Shown here: in pieces, positions 51,106 through 58,240 of the stretch | Layout of the letters: every line of letters begins with the position of its first letter | How positions within the stretch are numbered: position 1 is the first letter of the stretch | NCBI GenBank assembly: GCA_002427425.1 | Contig: DIRA01000025.1 | Span: forward strand, 921 to 64,920 | Direction: 5' to 3' | From: Clostridiales bacterium UBA5448 | GTDB taxonomy: Bacteria; Bacillota; Clostridia; Oscillospirales; SIG627 | DNA: 64,000 nucleotides | Program-made: the position numbers and the translations under genes | Notes under the pieces: generated by a model | Databases searched by the model: none | The model's input: the letters and a program-made list of their open reading frames with translations, nothing else | What the model was told of the DNA's origin: nothing

Positions 51106-52179
51106 TTATGCCGTTGTACTACAGGAGCCATCTCGAGCTTTCACTCCATGATTAGATGCCGATTGGCAACCCATGCTTTTCTTATTGTCAGACCCTTGGT
51201 TTCCTTCGTTATTACAATCTTTGTCAGAGTCATTTTTACCGTTGTTTGCTTTACCGTTGGATCCTTTGTTGGAAGCATTGTTTTCGTTGTTTGCTTTACC
51301 GTTGGATCCTTTGTTTGAGTTATCGTTGCCGTTATTTGCTTTACCGTTGGATCCTTTGTTTGCATCAAAGCCTTCGTTTGTTTCAGAATCGGAATCATCC
51401 TCTTTGGGATTTTGTTCTCGATTCTGTTTTTCTTCCCCTTTATTTCTTGCTTGCTCCCTATTTTGTTTGGTTTGAGCCATAATATCTTTGACAGATTTAT
51501 TGAGCCATTCATTGATATCAATGCTTTCAGGATCATCAGCGCTTGCTTTTAATTTTTCAACCAAATTCAGTTTTCCCGGTGTTACTCCCAATTCTCTTGC
51601 TTGTTCAACTCTTTTTTTACCAATCGCTTCCGCATTGATAGATGCTTTACAATTGTTTTGTTCGCATGATTCGTTGGCTGTTTCCTCCAGATTCTCCGCC
51701 AATTCTTGGGCTTTTTCCATATCATCACCTGACGTTGATATGACAATTCCTGCCCCATCGGCATCCAGATAGCCTTTGCGTGCAATTTCATCGACCGTGG
51801 ACGAAATAGCATTCTGAATGTTTTTATGCTTCAGATTGTCAAGTTCTATTTCATCAATAATTTCTGAACCATCGTCATTCACACCGGTTGCCGAAAGAAC
51901 TCTGTCAAACATATTAACAGCGTATTCGATGGAAGGGTTAACATCGAGACTTACATAAGTAGTCGGTGTATAATAGGCCGCTACGCCACCACTGATTAAC
52001 AATACCAAACAAGCTGCCGCAGCAAAAGATGCTAACTTTTTAAAATTGAATTGCTTTTTCATACTCATTTTAACCTCCTGCCCTAATTCGTAGTTTTGGT
52101 TTTTTACCTTAACGATGCAACCGTCATCAGAAAGCAAAACAGCCGTATTGCCGCGAATTTCTACGATAACCGCTTTCAT
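51106..52179 (-). CDS. Anti-sigma-I factor RsgI-like protein with low-complexity C-terminal tail
   Basis: RsgI N-terminal domain (MKAVIVEIRGNTAVLLSDDGCIVKVKN), one TM, and an extracellular SLDVNPSIEYAVNMFDRVLSATGVNDDG module. The tail is Asn/Gly/Lys/Asp-rich with three 15-aa repeats. Confidence 0.75.
   Translation of the reverse strand: MKAVIVEIRGNTAVLLSDDGCIVKVKNQNYELGQEVKMSMKKQFNFKKLASFAAAACLVLLISGGVAAYYTPTTYVSLDVNPSIEYAVNMFDRVLSATGVNDDGSEIIDEIELDNLKHKNIQNAISSTVDEIARKGYLDADGAGIVISTSGDDMEKAQELAENLEETANESCEQNNCKASINAEAIGKKRVEQARELGVTPGKLNLVEKLKASADDPESIDINEWLNKSVKDIMAQTKQNREQARNKGEEKQNREQNPKEDDSDSETNEGFDANKGSNGKANNGNDNSNKGSNGKANNENNASNKGSNGKANNGKNDSDKDCNNEGNQGSDNKKSMGCQSASNHGVKARDGSCSTTA
51245..51360. 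repeat. 45-bp coding tandem repeat (about 2.6 copies)
   Basis: TTTGCTTTACCGTTGGATCCTTTGTT recurs at 51245, 51290 and 51335. It encodes NKGSNGKANN(G/E)(N/K)(D/N)(N/A/D)S units on the minus strand. Confidence 0.85.
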
Positions 52180-52180
52180 A

Positions 52181-52897
52181 TTACTTTTCTTCCTTTCTAA
52201 TGAATGTTACATATTCGGCTAAAAAGGGATACTCTCCGGACAGTATCTCTATCGCCGCTATTATATATCTACGATGATGTTCGATTAATTTTCTGGGTAG
52301 GCCCGTTTTTTTTTGAATTTTTTTTATCGGCATTTGTTTTGCTTCCTTCATTATCCGCATTATTTCTTGGTTTTCAAGGATATGTAATATAACTTTTTTG
52401 CATGCTTCCTTTGTTTTTTTGGATTTAGGAGAACAGGAAGCAAGATCGTAAAATGTAAATCCATATTCATTGATAACAGGAGTAATGGCTTCAATTTCAT
52501 CTCGAATAGAATGATTGTCTTGATATATCAATTGTTTCGCTACCGAAATTTTAATGGCTATATCAGCTTCCTCTTCATTGGATTCACATTCAAATAGACT
52601 TGGATCGACAAGGTATTCCGGCTTGTACTTTTGTTCCGATCTGTAATAGTCAATCAGCCTGTTTTTTATGATGGTTTGGGCATAATGCAAAAAGCCTCCT
52701 TTGCTTTTCGCATACGTCTTGACGGCATCTGAAAAAGCAATCAATGCAATGGACCACTCATCATCATTTTTAGATATATATTTTTTTGATGTTTTTGAGG
52801 CAGATCTCAAAATAAACTGGCTTTGGCTTTCAATCAATTCTGAAAGCAAATGATTGTCATTCGCCGCATGTAAAGCTAACTCATCAATATATTCCAA
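52181..52897 (-). CDS. sigI: RNA polymerase sigma factor SigI-like
   Basis: 238 aa; region 2 (DDEWSIALIAFSDAVKTY..FLHYAQTIIKNRLIDYYR) and a C-terminal HTH (IQKKTGLPRKLIEHHRRYI). 1-nt gap to the anti-sigma gene. TTG start. Confidence 0.8.
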   Translation of the reverse strand: MEYIDELALHAANDNHLLSELIESQSQFILRSASKTSKKYISKNDDEWSIALIAFSDAVKTYAKSKGGFLHYAQTIIKNRLIDYYRSEQKYKPEYLVDPSLFECESNEEEADIAIKISVAKQLIYQDNHSIRDEIEAITPVINEYGFTFYDLASCSPKSKKTKEACKKVILHILENQEIMRIMKEAKQMPIKKIQKKTGLPRKLIEHHRRYIIAAIEILSGEYPFLAEYVTFIRKEEK

Positions 52898-53159
52898 TGT
52901 GCTATCCCCATTCCAAATTCATTACCTATCCTCATTATACAACATTTTTCTTATTATTCATACTCATACTATCAATTATATTGGTAATATGCAACATGAA
53001 CCGTAAGCTGCGTGTTTCTTGCATATGTTTTTGATCTCATTTTCTTACTTGCATCCTCCTACCTCCGTATTAGTTTCCCTTCTTTCATGTGTTATTTTTA
53101 CGCCTCTGTAGGTCGCCGCTTGTTGCAATATGTACCCTATATTCTCAAGCAGATCGCTT

Positions 53160-53468
53160 CTATCTCAAATAAACACGACCTCTCTCTTTTGCCGCACCCA
53201 TGCCAATCAGCAAAATATCCACTGTCCACCAATAAACGAGGAATGAAAGGCTGAACAAAAATAGAATAACAAAGTTTGGCGCCATTGTCTCAAGCGCAGT
53301 TCCGATTGCGGAAAACATGGATATTGTCCAACAAGTCAGCAACAGCTTCAAAAAACCTCGAAGCCAATATTTCATAACAAAGCGATCCGCCCCACACCAT
53401 CCAAAAAAACCGAAAGCAGAAAAACGGTTTTCCTTTTTTTCGATCCCTTTGAAAGCGGCTGGTAGCAT
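53160..53468 (-). CDS. TM2 domain-like membrane protein (possibly the 3' part of a frameshifted gene)
   Basis: FSAFGFFGWCGADRFVMKYWLRGFLKLLL resembles the TM2 domain. It overlaps the next ORF in another frame across a homopolymer run. Confidence 0.5.
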   Translation of the reverse strand: MLPAAFKGIEKKENRFSAFGFFGWCGADRFVMKYWLRGFLKLLLTCWTISMFSAIGTALETMAPNFVILFLFSLSFLVYWWTVDILLIGMGAAKERGRVYLR

Positions 53469-53584
53469 TGTTCAAAATCAATCAGTTGTTTGCGAGTGAT
53501 AAGGAAAATCAATCCCGCAAGCAGGCCGATGCCAAGCGCCAGAGTTAAAACAAATTCGCCTTCATTTTCTGTCGTTGTTACCAT
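53372..53584 (-). CDS. Small membrane ORF, possibly the 5' part of the TM2 gene
   Basis: 70 aa with TM LTLALGIGLLAGLIFLI. Its reading frame differs by one from ORF 53160-53468. A T7 run lies at 53434-53440 in the overlap. Confidence 0.3.
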   Translation of the reverse strand: MVTTTENEGEFVLTLALGIGLLAGLIFLITRKQLIDFEQCYQPLSKGSKKRKTVFLLSVFLDGVGRIALL

Positions 53585-53627
53585 ATGTCGACCGGTATAG
53601 ATACCGTTAATCCAAGCGTCGTAAGTT

Positions 53628-53810
53628 TTACCAACTCCAGTAAGGTTGGCCGCCTACATTTACAATCTGCGAGAGCGCCACGGCAACGATCTGTTCGCCC
53701 GTGCCGGTAATGCCGTAGAGCACCGCCGTCCAAAGTGAGTTGTTCTCATCGGCAAGAAGCTCCGCAAGCTGCTCCCGCTGGTCTGCGTTGAAGCCGTACT
53801 GCTTTAACAT
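53628..53810 (-). pseudogene. Internal fragment of a conjugative-element cell wall hydrolase (NlpC/P60- or CHAP-type, Tn916 Orf14-like)
   Basis: MLKQYGFNADQREQLAELLADENNSLWTAVLYGI..IVAVALSQIVNVGGQPYWSW*. As I recall, this matches the linker and the first strand of the hydrolase domain in ICE-encoded hydrolases. It is cut off on both sides by stops. Confidence 0.55.
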
Positions 53811-54033
53811 CGTCCTGCCGGTATGCCCGTTTTAGGCCGTTACGCAGTTTATTCCGTTTTGCGGTATGTATCTCTTTATATCTCCACGCTTCTCTTCATG
53901 GCTTTTTACTGAGTTTGATAACATTTATACAACAATCCGGGCTTTTGTCACGCTTTTAAGAGAAGCAGGAACGGCTCGACGAGAGGTGTGTTATCAAGAA
54001 GAGTGTGATAACATTTGCCCTGAAACGACAAAA

Positions 54034-54072
54034 GGGGGCTATCGCAAAATGAAAAATTTTGCGACAGCCCCC
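54034..54072. terminator. Strong hairpin, possible bidirectional terminator
   Basis: GGGGGCTATCGCAAAAT / ATTTTGCGACAGCCCCC (one mismatch). T-rich flank on the minus strand (CTTTTGTCGTTT). Confidence 0.5.
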
Positions 54073-54094
54073 GCCCCTTTTGCTCAACAGGATA

Positions 54095-54127
54095 GAAAAA
54101 ACCGCGTAAACACTGGGTATACGCGGG
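54095..54127 (-). terminator. Rho-independent terminator of the defence operon
   Basis: On the minus strand: CCGCGTA-loop-TACGCGG followed by TTTTTT. It is the first such structure after the last ORF. Confidence 0.6.
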
Positions 54128-54225
54128 AATTTTCTGGCAAATGCTGATAATTTTGATACAGGGTGCAGTTTTTCGGCGGAAAAGTTCTGCGCGGGTATAA
54201 ATCGTTCTGCGCAAGTATAACGGAT

Positions 54226-54771
54226 TTATTCTATAACACTATATTTCTGGAATAAATTGCTAAAGAACTGCTTCAAGTTGTTGAGCACTTTTTGCTTTGC
54301 ATCTCCACCATCGCTTGTTCCAATAAACTCATATCCGCCAAATCTGTAAACGTCATAACCACATAGGCTCATTTCACGGTGTACTTTTACCATTTCACTA
54401 TAGAGCTTAGGAGAAGCCCTATCACCGTCAGCATAATGCTGTTTTCCATCGATTTCTATAACAACTCTATTTCTATGTGAAATAATCATCAGAAAATCCA
54501 TCTTCTGATGCTCAAATAGTTTATAGCCACGCTCTTTTTGAGTTTGTGGATCATAATAAAGATAAACCTGTGGTATTAGCGCAGGTAAATCTACACCCAA
54601 TTCGCCTTTCAATTCATAGTAAGCCTGTAATAGCCATGTTTCAGGACCGCTTTTCTCACCGTTTGCTTTAAAACTTGTATCTAAGCAGTCACATAACCTG
54701 CTAATGAACGCATTTTCTTGATTACTATCTATTGCATTTTCTGAAGCATACCATTCTACTAAATTATCCAA
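54226..54771 (-). CDS. DUF559/Vsr-like (PD-(D/E)xK-fold) protein coupled to mcrC
   Basis: ..KMDFLMIISHRNRVVIEIDGKQHY..REMSLCGYDVYRFGGYEF follows the DF..(n)..E.DG..H..(n)..GY.V.RF pattern of DUF559/Vsr-like endonuclease domains. The TTG start directly abuts the mcrC stop. Confidence 0.55.
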   Translation of the reverse strand: MDNLVEWYASENAIDSNQENAFISRLCDCLDTSFKANGEKSGPETWLLQAYYELKGELGVDLPALIPQVYLYYDPQTQKERGYKLFEHQKMDFLMIISHRNRVVIEIDGKQHYADGDRASPKLYSEMVKVHREMSLCGYDVYRFGGYEFIGTSDGGDAKQKVLNNLKQFFSNLFQKYSVIE

Positions 54772-55836
54772 TTACACGACTACGGCGCTGAAGTGTTCTT
54801 CTGCTATGGCATTGAGTTGTACTGCAATGCTCTTAAAATCACAGCTCAGATCCAGTGTTTTGACACTAATCTTATTTCCACTCATTTGGTAAACGCCATC
54901 AGGTTGTATTGTTTCGTCTGTTCGCGCATATAAGAGCATTCCAGAGACCTCATGCGGTTTATCGCCAAACTGTGTGTCCTTGTTTTTTACATAGGTAAAA
55001 ATTTGATACAGATTGTTTGAATGCAAAGTATGTGCATCAAATTGAACCTGCGTGGTGTGCGTGTAATACTTCGCGTCTATGATGAGAACCTTCTCTCCGT
55101 GCGCCAGAGTAATGTCGCTTTGCATAACGGGCAGCATCGTTCCGACCCCGTCATCCAGCGCCCACGGAATTTGCGACGCGCTTACATTCAGCATTGGATA
55201 CTCTTTGATGTAGTATTCGAGTATGAATTTCTCGTACAGGCGGCTCATTCTTTGCTCATCTACGAACGACGCCAATTTGTGCTCACCTTGCTCCGTGGTC
55301 AGGAGCATACCCTCAATGATGAACTGGCACAGGCTTATCAACATCCGATAGGTCTGATTGTTGCGCTGAAAGCGGATGGCCGACCACTTTATGCTCGTAA
55401 GGTCGATGGTGTCCACATTGGCAAAAAACAGCATCCTTTTCTTGAGCTCGTCTTTATATTCGGCTTTTACATCCTTTTGACGCAACAGTAGCATGACGGT
55501 TGTTTTCAGGATCTGGTTAAGAAAGTTGTTCTCGGACAGCTCATCATACTCGCAGGTCAGCACACGCTCTCTGGCGATCCTATTTTTGATAGTTCCGGGC
55601 ATATCAATTTTTCCGCGAACCACCGCAAGCTCTTCGGTGCGGTTTAGATATTCGCGGTAGATACCCTGCTTTAACTGCTGCCCTATACCTTTGGAAAGGA
55701 TAGCCGCAAAGAGGTCGTGCATATTATCAAACTCTTCTGTAGCCACTTCCTCAAAATTCGACTGGTTCAGCGTCGTAAAAGCGTAAGACAGCATATAGTA
55801 AATATTTTTTATGAATATGCTCTTATCCTTTATCAT
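54772..55836 (-). CDS. mcrC: McrBC restriction system nuclease subunit McrC
   Basis: Typical N-terminus (IKNIYYMLSYAF..FEEV..F.NMHDLFA..L) and C-terminal PD-(D/E)xK (VLIIDAKYY). Start ATG 55836 overlaps the mcrB stop (ATGA). Confidence 0.85.
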   Translation of the reverse strand: MIKDKSIFIKNIYYMLSYAFTTLNQSNFEEVATEEFDNMHDLFAAILSKGIGQQLKQGIYREYLNRTEELAVVRGKIDMPGTIKNRIARERVLTCEYDELSENNFLNQILKTTVMLLLRQKDVKAEYKDELKKRMLFFANVDTIDLTSIKWSAIRFQRNNQTYRMLISLCQFIIEGMLLTTEQGEHKLASFVDEQRMSRLYEKFILEYYIKEYPMLNVSASQIPWALDDGVGTMLPVMQSDITLAHGEKVLIIDAKYYTHTTQVQFDAHTLHSNNLYQIFTYVKNKDTQFGDKPHEVSGMLLYARTDETIQPDGVYQMSGNKISVKTLDLSCDFKSIAVQLNAIAEEHFSAVVV

Positions 55837-58229
55837 TGGAACACACCATGCAGGATGTTCTCCCATCTTTGGAGCTTGGCACTGTCATCAAACCAATACT
55901 CACTCAGCATGGGGAGTATGTCATAATCTACGATAGAGCGCAGCCATTCGTCGGTACAGGCCGTTTGACCACAGAAATAGCTGTGACCAATGCAGAATCC
56001 CTTTCCCAGCGATCTGTCAAGAGTTATCTCCTTGTTGAGTTCAATAATCTTTGCAATCAGCTCGTTTAGTGTTTCGTTATTCAGGGATTTCTGGTATTTC
56101 ATAAAGCCTTCCGAGTCAAATCCGGGTTCAACCTCGAAGAAGCTAAAACGGCGACGCAGAGCGTAATCTATCATCGCAAGGCTACGGTCGGCGGTGTTCA
56201 TCATGCCGATATTATACAAGTTTTTGGGGACAGAAAACGAGAGCCCGTTGTATGCCAATGTCGCCTTTGTACCTCGATAGTCACGCTCTATCAGCATGAG
56301 TAACTCTCCGAATATCTTGCTCATATTGCCGCGATTGATTTCGTCGATAATAAAGAAATAATCCTTATCCGGCTGGTTTGCGGCCTTTTGGCAGAAACGG
56401 TAGAATATTCCTGATTTTAGTTCAAATCCGTCATTTACAGGCTTGTACCCCATCATAAAGTCCTCATAGGAGTAGTTTTGATGGAACTGTACAAATTCAA
56501 TCCGGCTCTCATCCTTTTCGCCCATGATGGAATACGCAAGGCGTTTAGCAGCAAATGTTTTTCCAACACCCGGAGCGCCCTGCAGGATGATGTTTTTCTT
56601 GTTCTGCAGGACGGAAACCAGCATATCATATCGGCTCTCACTCATATACACTTCGTCAAGGAAATCCGCTTTGCCATACTTTTCTGCGGAGTCTTCGGTG
56701 GAAACGGGGTTTTCATCACGGATAATGTCGATTATAAAATCGTATTCGCCCTTTGTCAGCTTGAATAAGCTGCCTTGCGGATTGCTGAAATATTCCATCC
56801 GTTCAAGCTCGGAGCAGCTTTTAAGCGTCAGGTAATCAATCGGCGAAGTGAGTCCTTCGACCTTTTCAAAGAAGATTTTTTCACCGTCCTGCTCGGCGCT
56901 TATCCTGCCGATAGCCACAATCTGTTTAACAGGGTTGGACTCATAACCGATTATCATATCTCCGGCTTTTGCATCCAAGAAATTCTGGAATATTCTACGC
57001 TTATTTCCGTTGTCGTTGTAAAGCGTGTACGATTGAACTTCACCAACTGCGATGTCTGCGAAGCTCCAGATTTTCGGATTGGCATTCAACCACCAGTAAC
57101 CGTGCTCCTCTTCACCGGGAGCAGATGCCACATAAAGTTCCACCTGACTGAGGTCAACTTTATCAAGCGCGGCGGAGAGCTCATCGCGCAACTTCCATGT
57201 ATAACTGCCATCATCTTCTTTTCCTGCATTGCGACCGAGATACAGAATAGGCCACCAGCGTGAGCTTTCGGTGTCACGTTCCATTACGGGGCAGCCCGTT
57301 TTCTCCGCTACACGCCGCGCCAATGACGAGGATCCGCTATTGTAGAAGTTTTTCGTTTCGCCGTATTTGATTGCAAGCTGGGTGCAGGTGGCCTGCCCGC
57401 CATAGTCTTTCATTCGCTTCATGATTTCGAGACTGCCGGTAGTAAACACTTCGGAGTCTCCGAGAAGCTGTATCCACTCATCTGTAGAGATTTCAGGCGA
57501 ATAATCCGCCGGGAACCAATCCTCGGTATTTGCCGGTTCTTTATCCTTCTGTGAGAAATAGCGGCTGATATAAAAGCCAACATCAATCGTAAGTGTCCTC
57601 AGTTCAGGATCAGGATAACAGGAGTCCGTCAATTGGGATTTAAGTAGACCTGTGAGACTATTGTCGTTTTTGAGTTCCTCGCACATATCATCGTACAGAG
57701 CATAAAAATTCCGTAGATTATCTGTGTAGGCACCCTTTTTGAAACGATAGTCACTGCCAAGCTCATCAGCGACGGCTTTAACTTCGCCGTATTTGTAAAT
57801 GTAATATTTGTCGGGAAAGCGCAGCCAAAGATAAGTGCTGACGGCATTTTCATACTGATAATGCTGTCCCGCACCATTCCCGTACTTTTCAAGCAATAAA
57901 GAGGATTTGTCTTTAAACTCAAGGATTCTGGTAACGACGTCGTTGCTCTCATCAAACAAGGCGATAAACATTGCCCGCACTTCTTCAGGGGCTGTCTTTG
58001 CAAAGCCCTCGATCATCTTTGCCGGGAAGTTATTCATGGACGCAAGCAGGTTATATGTCTTTGACAGGGAGCGGGTTAGCATACCGGCAAAATCCGTCGC
58101 ATTCACATCCCAGTTATCTTGGAAAACCTTTACTGCTTCCCATTTGTATTGTTCGTTTCCCCACTGTGTAGAAACAAAATCCTGCTTGTACTTTGCGAGT
58201 GCTTCCTGCAAACGGAATTTGTCAAACAT
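55833..58229 (-). CDS. mcrB: McrB-family GTPase with extended N-terminus including an EVE/PUA-like domain
   Basis: The C-terminal AAA+ has LQGAPGVGKTF, FHQNYSYEDF, FFIIDEINRGNMSKIFGEL. Residues ~370-500 (YWWLNANPKIWSF..GDMIIGYES.P.KQIVAIG..) look like an EVE domain. About 360 further N-terminal residues are unassigned. Confidence 0.85.
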   Translation of the reverse strand: MFDKFRLQEALAKYKQDFVSTQWGNEQYKWEAVKVFQDNWDVNATDFAGMLTRSLSKTYNLLASMNNFPAKMIEGFAKTAPEEVRAMFIALFDESNDVVTRILEFKDKSSLLLEKYGNGAGQHYQYENAVSTYLWLRFPDKYYIYKYGEVKAVADELGSDYRFKKGAYTDNLRNFYALYDDMCEELKNDNSLTGLLKSQLTDSCYPDPELRTLTIDVGFYISRYFSQKDKEPANTEDWFPADYSPEISTDEWIQLLGDSEVFTTGSLEIMKRMKDYGGQATCTQLAIKYGETKNFYNSGSSSLARRVAEKTGCPVMERDTESSRWWPILYLGRNAGKEDDGSYTWKLRDELSAALDKVDLSQVELYVASAPGEEEHGYWWLNANPKIWSFADIAVGEVQSYTLYNDNGNKRRIFQNFLDAKAGDMIIGYESNPVKQIVAIGRISAEQDGEKIFFEKVEGLTSPIDYLTLKSCSELERMEYFSNPQGSLFKLTKGEYDFIIDIIRDENPVSTEDSAEKYGKADFLDEVYMSESRYDMLVSVLQNKKNIILQGAPGVGKTFAAKRLAYSIMGEKDESRIEFVQFHQNYSYEDFMMGYKPVNDGFELKSGIFYRFCQKAANQPDKDYFFIIDEINRGNMSKIFGELLMLIERDYRGTKATLAYNGLSFSVPKNLYNIGMMNTADRSLAMIDYALRRRFSFFEVEPGFDSEGFMKYQKSLNNETLNELIAKIIELNKEITLDRSLGKGFCIGHSYFCGQTACTDEWLRSIVDYDILPMLSEYWFDDSAKLQRWENILHGVFQ

Positions 58230-58240
58230 GGTATCCCTCC

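Noticed and set aside
51245-51360. Regularly spaced 26-nt repeats that superficially resemble a mini CRISPR array
   Set aside because: The 45-bp period lies inside an open reading frame and encodes a 15-aa peptide repeat. The would-be spacers are also near-identical, and no cas genes are present.
53866-54214. 93-aa plus-strand and 88-aa minus-strand ORFs downstream of the defence operon
   Set aside because: They run through two strong hairpins and repeat motifs. They have no RBS and an odd composition. I treat the region as non-coding.
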